64,000 nt of DNA from Candidatus Sericytochromatia bacterium (lineage in GTDB: Bacteria; Cyanobacteriota; Sericytochromatia; UBA7694), in assembly GCA_037968875.1 (NCBI GenBank), contig JBBKWI010000053.1, positions 1,207 through 65,206 on the forward strand, given 5' to 3'. The position numbers and the translations under genes were made by a program. Positions 19,386 through 29,549 of the stretch are shown here, one piece after another (position 1 is the stretch's first letter; each line of letters begins with the position of its first letter). The notes beneath the pieces were generated by a model, which saw nothing but the letters and a program-made list of their open reading frames with translations, did not search any database and was not told the DNA's origin.

Positions 19386-20490
19386 CAAAAACTTTCTTAA
19401 AGCCGGTCTAGTGATCGCGATTAGCTTGAGCTTAATTGAACCTGTATTAGCACAAGCCACGTCCAAACCAGCCACTCAACCGGTCACTCAGCACACCCAA
19501 ATCGTAAATTTAGTGGGCCAGATCAAAGATGCGCGCACAGGCCAAGCTCTCACTGGGGTCTATATTCGCCAGGAAGAAGCCCTCAACGCCACCTTCTCTG
19601 ATCAGCAGGGGAATTTTCAACTGCGTCTCTTACGCGGGTTTTCAAGCATGGTTCGTTTTGAAGCCGAAGGCTATGAAAGTGTTGCCTTACCCTTTAGTAG
19701 CAATCAAGCAGCCCTGATTATCAATTTGCAGCCTCAGCTAGAATACACATCTCAATTGCCACCGGCCCATAGCGGGCGTCATGTGATAGAGCGCCCGCGG
19801 GTGCTCTCAAATCAATTCACGGCTTTTTATCAGGGGGACTACACCCTGTTTAGCCAAAAGGACACCTATATCAATGGCCTGGTACTCAATCAATTCGGCC
19901 TATCAGCTGACTTGATGCTATTTTACCCGCTCAATTTTCGCGGGCGTTTTTTCAGATCCCGCATGCCTGTAGACATCGCCAACTTCCCTTTCCAACCCGC
20001 TTTTTACATCAATCGTGAACAAGCCAAAATTGGCGCTGGCTGGATGCAGCAATGGGGAGACAAAACTGACTTTTACCTGGGCGGAGATATTTTACTCGAT
20101 CACCGCTCACCCGATAACCGCAATAGCCAAGATCAACAGCCGATTCCTTTCACTGGATCGCTCCTGGATTATGAGCAAACCCGTCTGGGTTTTGGAGTCA
20201 ATGCCGCTCTGGGCTGGCAGATCACGGATCGTTTTACTCTGATCCCAGAGGCCAGCATTTACCCACTGGGTGTCAATTTTATTGATCGCAACGATCAAAA
20301 GCTAGACTATACGGTTGCTGGCGAAGTCGGCGCCAAATTACGCTTTGAAATCGCACCTGGAGCTTATGCGGTGGGGCAATACTATTCTCAGGTCTGGTTA
20401 GGACTCGGGACCGGCGCGATCGAAAACAACCACTTTTTTAATCTGGGCATCTCACTGGATCCCTGGACGATGGCAGAACAACTCTTATGA
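19378..20490 (+). CDS. Exported protein: carboxypeptidase-regulatory-like domain plus probable outer-membrane beta-barrel
   Basis: Signal peptide, G.IKD..TG..L.GV / SD..G.F.L / GYE motif, then amphipathic aromatic-rich strands; overlaps marR and tolC. Confidence 0.65.
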   Translation: MFNKNFLKAGLVIAISLSLIEPVLAQATSKPATQPVTQHTQIVNLVGQIKDARTGQALTGVYIRQEEALNATFSDQQGNFQLRLLRGFSSMVRFEAEGYESVALPFSSNQAALIINLQPQLEYTSQLPPAHSGRHVIERPRVLSNQFTAFYQGDYTLFSQKDTYINGLVLNQFGLSADLMLFYPLNFRGRFFRSRMPVDIANFPFQPAFYINREQAKIGAGWMQQWGDKTDFYLGGDILLDHRSPDNRNSQDQQPIPFTGSLLDYEQTRLGFGVNAALGWQITDRFTLIPEASIYPLGVNFIDRNDQKLDYTVAGEVGAKLRFEIAPGAYAVGQYYSQVWLGLGTGAIENNHFFNLGISLDPWTMAEQLL

Positions 20491-21941
20491 AACTTCGTAA
20501 CACCTTTTACTTTAGCCTGAGCTTCAGCCTACTACTCTGCTTACCCATGCAAGCCCAAAGCAATCCGAAACCAGGCCCGGTTCCAACTGCCAGCCCGGTC
20601 AATGCAAGTCCAGCAAAGCCGACTATTTTGCCCAGCGCTGAAGAGCAGCGCTTTTTTATGACCATGAGCCAGGCGATCGAAATTGCATTGGCTCAGAATC
20701 ATGATATTTTATTGGCCCAAAACCGAATTGAAGATGCCCGTCTACAGCTTACAGAAACAGGTGCTACGGGTCTACCTCAGCTCACGGCGACAGCGTCTTA
20801 CGCTCGCCAGGAGCCGATTGTATCAACCCAACAAACTGACACTGCTGGTGCCGGTGGCGCTGGCCTGGGAGGCAATCCACAATTCGCAGCTTTTCTGGGA
20901 ACAGCCTCAGTGAACACCTTTCAAACCAATATCACCTTAAGCCAAACCTTATTTGCCGGTTTTCGGATCGTCGATGGCATCCGACTTTCAAATATCAATG
21001 TCGACATGGTCAACCAGGGCTTGCGCCAAACCCAGCAAAATGTGGCCTACCAGGTAACCAACGCTTACTTTAATGCCCTGCGTTCCTGGGAAATGGTTGA
21101 ATTGGACAAAGAAAGCCTGAATCAGTCACGCGAGCAAGTACGCACTGCTGAGGCCCGCTTGCGGGCAGGAACAGCCGTTAAGCTCGATCTCTTGCAAACC
21201 CAGAGCCAGGTGATTCAATTACAGCAGCGTTTGAGCCAAAATTTAAATAGCTACGAGAAATCTAAAATGTCTCTGAATCAGGTCATGGGCAGAGATACCA
21301 ATCACCCACTGGTGCTGAATACATTGGCAAGTGTCAGCCATCAGGCGATTGATCCAGAGCAAGGCTTACAAGCAGCAATTGAAAACCGCCCTGATTTACG
21401 TCAATTGCGCTTACAACGCGAAATGAATGAGTTGAACGCCACTATTCAAGCCCGTGCCACCTGGCCCACTTTGGCCGCTCAGGTTCGTTATAGCTTGCAA
21501 GATCAGGCCGTCGTGAATGGCAATAGCAATAATACCCAAAACATCAATTATGCTTTAAATTTAAACTGGCCGATTTTTGATGGACTGGCCGCTCAGGCCA
21601 AAGCCCAGCGCGCCCAAAAAAGTGCAGAGCAAGCCCGCGTTAGTTTGGATCAGGTCCAGCAACAAGTGATCTTAAATATCAATCAAGCTTTCCTGGATAT
21701 AGATGAAGCCACAGAACGCGAGTTAATGGCCCGTGCGGGAGTCGAAGTCGCCCGTGAAAGTCTGCGGGTTGCGCAGGTTTCTTATCGCGAAGGCGTCGGG
21801 GTCATCCTGGATGTGATCAATTCGCAACTAACCGTGCAACAAGCCGCCAATGCGCTGATTACAGCCCGCTATGATTTAAACACCCGCAAAGCCAAGCTCT
21901 ATCAAACCCTGGGATTAGATATCACCGAGTTCTTACGCTAA
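20487..21941 (+). CDS. TolC family outer membrane efflux protein
   Basis: AI..AL..N, LPQL, V..AYF, RPDL, P.FDG, YREG...LDV duplicated OEP repeats. Confidence 0.93.
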   Translation: MKLRNTFYFSLSFSLLLCLPMQAQSNPKPGPVPTASPVNASPAKPTILPSAEEQRFFMTMSQAIEIALAQNHDILLAQNRIEDARLQLTETGATGLPQLTATASYARQEPIVSTQQTDTAGAGGAGLGGNPQFAAFLGTASVNTFQTNITLSQTLFAGFRIVDGIRLSNINVDMVNQGLRQTQQNVAYQVTNAYFNALRSWEMVELDKESLNQSREQVRTAEARLRAGTAVKLDLLQTQSQVIQLQQRLSQNLNSYEKSKMSLNQVMGRDTNHPLVLNTLASVSHQAIDPEQGLQAAIENRPDLRQLRLQREMNELNATIQARATWPTLAAQVRYSLQDQAVVNGNSNNTQNINYALNLNWPIFDGLAAQAKAQRAQKSAEQARVSLDQVQQQVILNINQAFLDIDEATERELMARAGVEVARESLRVAQVSYREGVGVILDVINSQLTVQQAANALITARYDLNTRKAKLYQTLGLDITEFLR

Positions 21942-21943
21942 GC

Positions 21944-23074
21944 TTATTGATTTGATTTGGCTATCTTACGAATACTGTGATTGCCATAATCAGCAATATA
22001 GACGCTGTTGTCCGGAGCCACCAGGATGTCAAAAGGGTAGGCAAAGGCTGCTTGCTCTGCTTTGCCATTGCTAAGTTCTGGCTTTCCGATCCCACTGAGA
22101 GTGGAGACTTCGCCCTGAGGTGTTACCAGGCGAATGCGATGATTAAAGCGGTCGACCACATATAAGAGACCGACAGCATCAAAAGTGAGACCCGTGGGTC
22201 CTCTAAATTCAGCCTGGCTGCCCTGAGCGTCAAGCGATCCTGCTTGACCACTGCCTACAAAATCGCTGACTTCACCGGTCAAACTGAGCTTACGAATACG
22301 TTGATTATCGGTGTCAGAGACATACAAAAATCCATCGGGGCTCAGGGCAATGCCACTGGGATGATTAAAGCGGGCCTCTGCGCCTGAGCCATTGGCAAAA
22401 CCGGCTTCGCCATTTCCAGCCAGGGTCGTCAGTTTACCCTGGAGGTCCAGTTTGCGAATCGCATGATTATTCCGATCCGCAATATAGAGATTGCCATCGA
22501 CATCTGCGGCCAGATCCGCAGGTAAATTCAAAGCAGCAAGCGAACTATCTCCATCCACAAAGCCGATATCTCCGCTACCGATTAATGTGCTCAAGACCCC
22601 CGCTGGGGTTAGTTTTCTGATGCTGTGGTTCTGGGCGTCAGCGATGATCAAATCGCCGTTGGACATGCCAATCATCGAAATGGCTGCGTTGAATCGCCCG
22701 ACTTGACTATCTCCATCACGATTGCCCCGCTCTCCGCTGCCCCAATAGGTCGAAACCTCGCCATTGGGCTTGATTTCACGGATCAGATAATTAAAGCGAT
22801 CCAGCACCAAAAGATTATTTTCTGGGGTCAAGACAAGAGAGCTGGGGTGATAAAACTGAGCCAAGTCTCCCGGGCCATCGACATAACCGAAGACGCCTGT
22901 TCCTGCCAAAGTCGAAACCATCAGACTCCCGCTAGCGGGAGCTAAAATCTCTGCGCCAGGGCTTGCTGCGGGCGCCGGTATAATCATCACCGGGGAATTG
23001 ACTTGATGGGGCTGGCAGGCCAGGAGCAAGCTCAAAATTAGGCCTTTAGCTGCAAACGATTGAAATAATGTCAT
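21944..23074 (-). CDS. NHL-repeat beta-propeller lipoprotein
   Basis: Lipobox LLAC; six G..G..DG....A.F..P......LY.AD..NH.IRK repeats. Confidence 0.9.
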   Translation of the reverse strand: MTLFQSFAAKGLILSLLLACQPHQVNSPVMIIPAPAASPGAEILAPASGSLMVSTLAGTGVFGYVDGPGDLAQFYHPSSLVLTPENNLLVLDRFNYLIREIKPNGEVSTYWGSGERGNRDGDSQVGRFNAAISMIGMSNGDLIIADAQNHSIRKLTPAGVLSTLIGSGDIGFVDGDSSLAALNLPADLAADVDGNLYIADRNNHAIRKLDLQGKLTTLAGNGEAGFANGSGAEARFNHPSGIALSPDGFLYVSDTDNQRIRKLSLTGEVSDFVGSGQAGSLDAQGSQAEFRGPTGLTFDAVGLLYVVDRFNHRIRLVTPQGEVSTLSGIGKPELSNGKAEQAAFAYPFDILVAPDNSVYIADYGNHSIRKIAKSNQ

Positions 23075-23113
23075 ATGACCACCTTTAATCTAGACAAGAC
23101 TCAATTACAGATT

Positions 23114-23644
23114 CTAAAGTTCCCTGGCTCTATATTTTGCTAAGGCTTCTAAGGCCTGGCGAGTGGAATCAATCAAATCAGGCAGCCCCTTGGCTTCGCG
23201 TAAAATTAAAGCCTCTTCAAAACAAACCTGGGCTTCTACAAGCAGATTCTGTTCAACCCATAATTTACCCAGATGTTGCAGGGCAAAATCCTGATAAACA
23301 GTCGCTGCAGGGTATTCACGGCTCTCTGCTAAAGCCAACCTAAAACAAGCGCCAGCCTGCTCAAAGTCATCGGCATAGTGATAGCTCAAACCCAGGCGAA
23401 TCCGATTGGCCACAATAAACAACGGCAAAGCCAATTGCTCAGCTTCTGCGACAGCAATCTGAAAGTATCGAATTGAAAGCGCATAGTTTGTTTGCAAGCG
23501 GGCCAGAGCCCCCAGGTCAGCCAATGCCCGCAAGCGTGACTCACATAAGCCTTCAGGCATTGCCTGAAGCTGTTCAGCAAAAGCGAGTACCCATTCAGGA
23601 TCATCTGGATCCGGCGCCATGGCGTTACGCAAAAAAGGTTTCAT
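23114..23644 (-). CDS. Small TPR protein
   Basis: LG...Y..A...F..A helical repeats; ATGA overlap with the MscS gene. Confidence 0.75.
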   Translation of the reverse strand: MKPFLRNAMAPDPDDPEWVLAFAEQLQAMPEGLCESRLRALADLGALARLQTNYALSIRYFQIAVAEAEQLALPLFIVANRIRLGLSYHYADDFEQAGACFRLALAESREYPAATVYQDFALQHLGKLWVEQNLLVEAQVCFEEALILREAKGLPDLIDSTRQALEALAKYRAREL

Positions 23645-24468
23645 TCCGCTGGTGTCGGATGAGACTCCTGAAAAAGATGCAGATCTCGCTGTGGAAAGGG
23701 AATCACAATACCAGCCGCGTCGAATGCCAGTTTGGTGCTTTCGATAAATTGAAAACGCACAGGCCAGTAATCTGGGGTCGCTACCCAGGGACGCACAAAA
23801 AAGTTGACTGAACTATCGGCTAGTTCGCCCACAACAACCATTGGCAATGGGTCATCCAAAATACGTTCATCAGCAGCAATCAAAGACTCCAGGATTTCTC
23901 GGGTTTTGCGCAAATCTGAATCATAGGACACCCCAAAAACCATGTCGACTCGGCGTTGATCGTTTTGTGAAAAATTAATGATCGTATCTGAGATCACTTT
24001 GGAGTTTGGTACGGCAACCCGGCGATTGTCAGGCGTATTAAGAAAAGTATGAAAAAAGTTAAGCTCCATCACCGTCCCGCCAACAGAGCCAATCTCGACA
24101 TAATCGCCCACCCGCATGGGGCGTAGAATCAAGAGACTGATCCCCGCTGCGACATTATTTAAAGAATCTTTAAGAGCCAGGGCAACGGCAATACCTGCGG
24201 TACCGAGCAGGGCAATAACGGAAGTCATTTGCACACCCAGGGTATTCAATCCGGCTAATAAAACCAGAACATAAAGCATGATTTTTAAAGCATTGCCAAA
24301 AAAGGCAATATAAGTAGGCTCTAATTGGGTTTTGCTTAAAAAGCGGGTAAGTACACCGGCCAGGCGCCGGGCGACCCAAAAACCGATCACTAAGATCACA
24401 AGAGCACTCAGTGCTTGTAAACTGTAAACAGCAGCTAATTCGCCTACTTTATTAAAAAACTCTTTCAT
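23641..24468 (-). CDS. mscS: Small-conductance mechanosensitive channel
   Basis: Three TM segments, ALKDSL.N.AAG, GD.V...G.V, VPN, ADSS, I.IPFPQRD motifs. Confidence 0.92.
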   Translation of the reverse strand: MKEFFNKVGELAAVYSLQALSALVILVIGFWVARRLAGVLTRFLSKTQLEPTYIAFFGNALKIMLYVLVLLAGLNTLGVQMTSVIALLGTAGIAVALALKDSLNNVAAGISLLILRPMRVGDYVEIGSVGGTVMELNFFHTFLNTPDNRRVAVPNSKVISDTIINFSQNDQRRVDMVFGVSYDSDLRKTREILESLIAADERILDDPLPMVVVGELADSSVNFFVRPWVATPDYWPVRFQFIESTKLAFDAAGIVIPFPQRDLHLFQESHPTPAE

Positions 24469-24586
24469 TCTGGAATCCTTTGGGCTTGTTTTGTGCCCTA
24501 GTTTAACAGAACGCCCGCTGGCGACAAGAGGTTAGCTTTAAATTAAGGAAATTTAAAGGCCAAAGCCAATATTCAATAAATAAGGG

Positions 24587-24595
24587 TGATATAAT
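24587..24595 (+). promoter_or_regulatory. Extended -10 promoter element for secF
   Basis: Exact TGnTATAAT (TGATATAAT) about 45 nt upstream of the start. Confidence 0.55.
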
Positions 24596-24637
24596 GCAGT
24601 ATCCAAAATGAACTTAATATGACGAGGAGCCGCTCCC

Positions 24638-25570
24638 TTGAGTATCCCATCACACCAAACGACAAACTACGATTTCGTCAATCGTCGCAAACTCTGGTAC
24701 GCCATTTCACTGGCCATGATCATCCCTTCCCTGATTTTCTTTTTTATGGGAGGATTGAAACTGGGTATCGATTTCACTGGCGGATCCTTAATGGAGTTGG
24801 CCTTTGAGAAACCTCCCAGCGTTGCTGAGGTTCGAACCAATTTAAAAACTGTCGATCCCGGAAAATTTTCCGATGCGCTGGTCACCATGCTCTCGGATAA
24901 TTCAGGCCAAGAAATTATTTCGATTCGTTCTAAATCCATCGACAACGAAGAACAAGTCAAACTCTTTGACAGTTTTAACGCGCAATTCGGCAAATTTCAA
25001 CAGGTCCGCGTGGAAGTTGTTGGGCCAACAGTAGGCAAAGAACTCCGCTCAAAAGCAGCCTGGTCTACGGTTATCGTGCTGGGCATGATTGTGCTGTATA
25101 TGTCCTTCCGCTTTAGCTTTGACTATGCCATGTGTGGCATCGCCGCGTTGACCCATGACGTTATTATCGTACTCGGATTCTTCTCGATGTTAGGCTATTT
25201 CTTTGGTGTAGAAGTCGACAGCCTCTTTGTAACCGCCTTATTAACAGTTGCAGGCTTTTCGATTCATGACACGATCGTTACCTTTGACCGCATTCGTGAA
25301 AACGCAGGTGATATGGGTCGAGGCAAAACTTTTTTGCAAGTCACCAATGAGAGCATCAACCAAACGATTGCACGCAGTATTAATACGTCTCTAACCACTG
25401 CCTTCCCACTGTTTACCCTCAGTTTCTTTGGAGGAGTCACCATTAAATACTTCTCGATGGCCATGCTGATTGGTATTATCATCGGGACTTACTCGAGTAT
25501 ATTTGTTGCTAGCCCTTTATTGGTGGACTGGCGCAAAGCCGCCCGCGCCAGCCATCGCAAAGCTGCTTAA
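24638..25570 (+). CDS. secF: Protein translocase subunit SecF
   Basis: GIDFTGG, VGPTVG.EL, HD, GFSIHDTIV.FDRIRE, RSINTS, GTYSSIF.A. Confidence 0.95.
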   Translation: MSIPSHQTTNYDFVNRRKLWYAISLAMIIPSLIFFFMGGLKLGIDFTGGSLMELAFEKPPSVAEVRTNLKTVDPGKFSDALVTMLSDNSGQEIISIRSKSIDNEEQVKLFDSFNAQFGKFQQVRVEVVGPTVGKELRSKAAWSTVIVLGMIVLYMSFRFSFDYAMCGIAALTHDVIIVLGFFSMLGYFFGVEVDSLFVTALLTVAGFSIHDTIVTFDRIRENAGDMGRGKTFLQVTNESINQTIARSINTSLTTAFPLFTLSFFGGVTIKYFSMAMLIGIIIGTYSSIFVASPLLVDWRKAARASHRKAA

Positions 25571-25586
25571 TTTCAAACTCAAAATC

Positions 25587-25610
25587 AGGAAGCCTCCGGG
25601 CTTCCTTTTT
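25587..25610 (+). terminator. Intrinsic terminator after secF
   Basis: AGGAAGCC-TCCG-GGCTTCCT then TTTT. Confidence 0.85.
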
Positions 25611-25734
25611 CGTTGAGAGGACTATAGTCGCACCGTCTAAGATATCTCCAGTTTGCGTGCAAGTCAATCAAACTGATCAGGTGCTACGATGATGACAAAG
25701 TCTACTCACCCACATCAAAGGAAGTTTCTGACTG

Positions 25735-26733
25735 ATGAAAAGATATCTCTTATTTGCTGCTTGTTTTTTGTTTGCCTGCCAAACCACGCCCCAAAGCCCC
25801 CCGGTTTCTAATGAAAGTTCAGCCCCTGCCCCAATCTCTTCACCCACTGGGTTTGGAGACAGAGTTGATTTTAAGCAAGCGGGTCTTTTCCCTGAAGGCA
25901 TCGACTACGCTAGCAATTGCCAGTGTTTTTTGGTCAGCTCTGTACGCACAGGCAAAATTGGCCAGGTCAAGGCAGACGGTAGCTATAGCGTCTTAGTCGA
26001 TGACCCCGAAATCATCTCAGCGATCGGTATCTTTGCCGATAATCAGCGCAATCGCTTATTGATCGCGATCTCAGATCAGGGTTCTTCTTCCAAAAGCTCT
26101 GAAGCAACCCAACAAAAAATTGCAAAGCTCGGCATCTATGATCTAAGCACAGGTGAACGTCAGCAAATGATCGACCTGGGCGTCTTAAAATCTGGCGCAC
26201 ATTTTGCCAACGATATTGCCGTCGATGATCAGGGCAATGCCTATATCACCGATAGTAAAATGCCGCTGATCTACCGCGTCACCCCTGCTGGAGAAGCGAG
26301 TATATTTGTCGAACACCCGGACCTGGGCGCCGCCCCTGAAGCTTTTGGTTTAAACGGGATTGTCTTTCACCCCGATGGCTATTTGATTGCCGCCAAAGCA
26401 GCAAATCAGAGCCTCTATAAAATACCAATTGCTGACCCCAATGCCGTCAAGAAAGTCACCCTCGATCCCCTACCCGCTTCTCCCGATGGCCTGGAGCTTC
26501 TCAGCAATGGACAATTGGTCGTGATTTCCAATGCCCAGGCTAAAGCCAGTCGTCTGGGGTCCGGCGATAACTGGGCCAGCGCTAAAGTCGAGAAACAGGT
26601 CGAAATTAAAGCTAGCTTTCCGACCACTGCCGCCCAATTAAATCAGGATCTGTATGTACTGGAAGCCAAATTGGGTCAAGCCAGTCAAGGCGAGAGCGTA
26701 GTAGACTTTTCAATTCAAAAAGTCGTTTTTTAA
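25735..26733 (+). CDS. SMP-30/gluconolactonase-like beta-propeller lipoprotein
   Basis: Lipobox LFAC; FPEG, ANDIAVD..GNAYITDS, NGI, PDG blade motifs. Confidence 0.8.
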   Translation: MKRYLLFAACFLFACQTTPQSPPVSNESSAPAPISSPTGFGDRVDFKQAGLFPEGIDYASNCQCFLVSSVRTGKIGQVKADGSYSVLVDDPEIISAIGIFADNQRNRLLIAISDQGSSSKSSEATQQKIAKLGIYDLSTGERQQMIDLGVLKSGAHFANDIAVDDQGNAYITDSKMPLIYRVTPAGEASIFVEHPDLGAAPEAFGLNGIVFHPDGYLIAAKAANQSLYKIPIADPNAVKKVTLDPLPASPDGLELLSNGQLVVISNAQAKASRLGSGDNWASAKVEKQVEIKASFPTTAAQLNQDLYVLEAKLGQASQGESVVDFSIQKVVF

Positions 26734-26734
26734 G

Positions 26735-28072
26735 ATGGCCAACGCCTGGATTTTCCAGATCAATCCTCAGGACTTTGATCTGAAGCAGTGGATTCAGGCA
26801 TTGGTTTCTGGTCAGGCAGAGCCCGAAAAAGAATGGGCTGTTCGTCGTTTCGCCCGTCAGATGCAAGCCGGGGACCGGATCTTTTTTTGGCAGTCCGGCC
26901 GTGAAGGCGGACTGCTAGCCACGGGCGAGCTTTTAAGTGGGGCCTATAACCATGAAAACCAGACTTGTGTCGGCTTTCAGATCCAGGATCAAGTCATCCC
27001 GCCACTGCAGCGCGAAGACTTGCAGGTGCATCCTGTTTTACAAAATTTGAGCTTTACGCGACGCCCGCAGGGGCAAGTCTTTCAGCTCTCTCAAGCGGCC
27101 CAGGATGTCTTGCTGCATCTCTTAAATCAACGTCGACAAACCTTACCCGTTTATCAGCAAACCCGTAGTTTGCCCCGCATTCATCAAGCCTTAACCCGTC
27201 AGGGAATGCAGATTTCAAGCTCGTTTTTGCGACGCTACCATCTGGCCCTACAAAGTGCCTCGATGGTGATTCTGGCTGGTCGCAGTGGTATTGGCAAAAG
27301 CTGGCTCAGTCAAGCCTATGCCCAGGCAGTGGGCGCAAAATACCTACTGGTGCCTGTCGCCCCCAATTGGGTCAGCCCCGAGGATTTTTTGGGTTATTAT
27401 AATGCCATTAGTGATCGTCTACAAAGCTCTGCGGCGACTGAGTTTATTCAGGAAGCATACCACCACTGGCGTCGCGCCCAGCATCAGCAAACGCCAGCCC
27501 AGGCTTATCATTTAACACTAGATGAAATTAACCTGGCTCGGATTGAATATTATTTGGCCCCCTTGCTGTCCATACTTGAGCTCCGGCGTCGTGGTGAACC
27601 CGCTCGTTTACAATTGGCCGACGGTAGCTTCCTCTGGCTACCGCCCAATCTCTATTTGGTGGGCACCCTCAACCAAGATCCTTATGCTGCCGTCATTTCA
27701 GATAAAGTCTATGATCGCTGTCATTTATTGGAGTTTGACTTTGAACTCAAATCTCTGTCTCAATTGATTCCGGGCGAAGCGGGCCACTTTCTGGATCAGA
27801 TCCAGGAGCCTTTGCTCCAGCTTTGCCCTCTGGGTTATCGCAGTCTGGAAGATATGGCCCAGTATCTCAGCTTAGCTCTCGAATTAGAGATCAGCTGGCA
27901 ATCTGCTTTAGATGAAGCCCTGGTGCAAAAATGCTTCTCACGCCTAGAATCCAGACCCTTTGAGCCAGAGAGCACCGATCAATTACTGAGTGTCTTAAAC
28001 GATCTCTTTCCGCTCTCACAAGCCCGCTTGCAGAGCTGGATCCAGCAATCGTCACATGCTTTCCTGGCGTAG
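26735..28072 (+). CDS. McrB-like AAA+ GTPase with N-terminal EVE-like domain
   Basis: WIFQ.NP..FD and M..GD.IFFW.SG (EVE); GRSGIGKS, V.PNW, LDEINLARIEYY, GTLNQD, SDKVYDR. Confidence 0.8.
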   Translation: MANAWIFQINPQDFDLKQWIQALVSGQAEPEKEWAVRRFARQMQAGDRIFFWQSGREGGLLATGELLSGAYNHENQTCVGFQIQDQVIPPLQREDLQVHPVLQNLSFTRRPQGQVFQLSQAAQDVLLHLLNQRRQTLPVYQQTRSLPRIHQALTRQGMQISSSFLRRYHLALQSASMVILAGRSGIGKSWLSQAYAQAVGAKYLLVPVAPNWVSPEDFLGYYNAISDRLQSSAATEFIQEAYHHWRRAQHQQTPAQAYHLTLDEINLARIEYYLAPLLSILELRRRGEPARLQLADGSFLWLPPNLYLVGTLNQDPYAAVISDKVYDRCHLLEFDFELKSLSQLIPGEAGHFLDQIQEPLLQLCPLGYRSLEDMAQYLSLALELEISWQSALDEALVQKCFSRLESRPFEPESTDQLLSVLNDLFPLSQARLQSWIQQSSHAFLA

Positions 28073-29549
28073 TCAAAATCAAGATCAGATCTCAGGCCCA
28101 CGGGCCTGGGCAGCCGCACGGCTTGAAATTCAGCCAGTGGCCTGGCAAGCCAGCCCTGGTCCCTGGCAAGAATTGGTCTTACTAGTCGATCACCAGCGTT
28201 TAAGATTGCATTTAAATCAAAAAAATCAGGTTTGGACCGATTGGCCGGCCCTGGAACCTGGCCTGTATCCACTCAAACTTTACCGACAAGCCGCTTGCTT
28301 ACAAGCATGGCAAATCTTTGTTTCGGCCCCGCCTTTAAGTCAACAGCAATGGCTGCACTTGCTTCAGGACTTGCGCTATGGTCTCCCCTGGAGCTTATTA
28401 GCCAGGCAACAAAACTGGCGTTCAGTCCCCGTGAAGTTGGTGCATTCAGTTCACAATCATTTACCGAAAAACATCGCCGAAGAAGCTCATTTTTGGCAAG
28501 CTGAACTCTCTGCCAGAGGCGGATTAAGACAAGCCCTAAACGCGATCCAACGCCAGCCTTTGAGCGCTTACAGACAAGCGGCTGAGGCAACGCCAGTGGC
28601 GCGTATTCGTCGCCCTTCTCCAAGACTTTTGTACAAAAATGTACTGGCTTTACCTGCGCAACAGACCCTCTGGCAGGCACAGTCCCGGATCGATCACTGT
28701 CGACCTGAGAACCAATTGATTTTAGCTTTGGTGAGATCACTTTTGCAACGTTTTCAGCATCTGGCGACCCCTTTACCCGATAGCAAAGATCAGACCACGA
28801 GCTCAGCACCGGCTATTTTTCAATCTCTTTATGCAGACTTACAGACCCTTTGGAAAAGACATCGACTTTCTAAGCTAAAGCCAGCTCCCAGATTAGATTT
28901 GGCGTTTCCGATACTGGAGCCAGCCTATGCCTATTGTCAGCAATTATTAGCACATACTGAACGTTTTGCCTGGCCCGACTTTAACGGCAATCATCGTCTG
29001 GCTTATCGCCAATTTGGCTTGCTCTATCAGGACTGGTGCCAATTGCAATTGCTCAAGCAAATACTCGCATGGGGAGAGTCAAATGATTGGCGTCTATTGC
29101 GCTTACAGCGCTTTCCGCAGCGGGGACAAGTATTGACCTTGTCTAAAGCTGAGCTTGAGCTCAGTCTCTGGGTCGAACGCAGTTTTAGCCCCGCTTCGAC
29201 TGAGATTCAAAGTTTTAGTCGAAAACAGCGGCCTGATTTTTGTCTCTTCCTCAAAAGCACAGCGGGCTCTAGAAAATCGATACAGGGGCTCGTTTTTGAC
29301 GCCAAATTCCGCCAAGATCAATTCCAGCCTCATAAAAACGACCTGGATCGTCTACATGCCTATCGAGATGCCATTCGCTGGCAAGATCAGCCCGTCTTTT
29401 GTGAGGCGATCCTGCTCTATCCAGGCACAGAGGTCCATTATTCAGAGCAGCTGAGTGCCTGGCAAAGCTTACCAGACGGTATCAATTTGGCCTGGCCAGT
29501 GAAACAGACTTTGGCCCGTCTATTGCAAAAATCAATTGATCGCGTTTAA
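28056..29549 (+). CDS. McrC-like DUF2357/PD-(D/E)xK nuclease
   Basis: PEN motif, LY..WC, RPD, FDAKFR, D...HAYRDAI, LYPG; overlaps the McrB-like gene. Confidence 0.8.
   Translation: MLSWRSQNQDQISGPRAWAAARLEIQPVAWQASPGPWQELVLLVDHQRLRLHLNQKNQVWTDWPALEPGLYPLKLYRQAACLQAWQIFVSAPPLSQQQWLHLLQDLRYGLPWSLLARQQNWRSVPVKLVHSVHNHLPKNIAEEAHFWQAELSARGGLRQALNAIQRQPLSAYRQAAEATPVARIRRPSPRLLYKNVLALPAQQTLWQAQSRIDHCRPENQLILALVRSLLQRFQHLATPLPDSKDQTTSSAPAIFQSLYADLQTLWKRHRLSKLKPAPRLDLAFPILEPAYAYCQQLLAHTERFAWPDFNGNHRLAYRQFGLLYQDWCQLQLLKQILAWGESNDWRLLRLQRFPQRGQVLTLSKAELELSLWVERSFSPASTEIQSFSRKQRPDFCLFLKSTAGSRKSIQGLVFDAKFRQDQFQPHKNDLDRLHAYRDAIRWQDQPVFCEAILLYPGTEVHYSEQLSAWQSLPDGINLAWPVKQTLARLLQKSIDRV

Noticed and set aside
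26735..29549. CoCoNuT-type McrBC variant
   Set aside because: No long coiled-coil, helicase or extra nuclease genes adjacent
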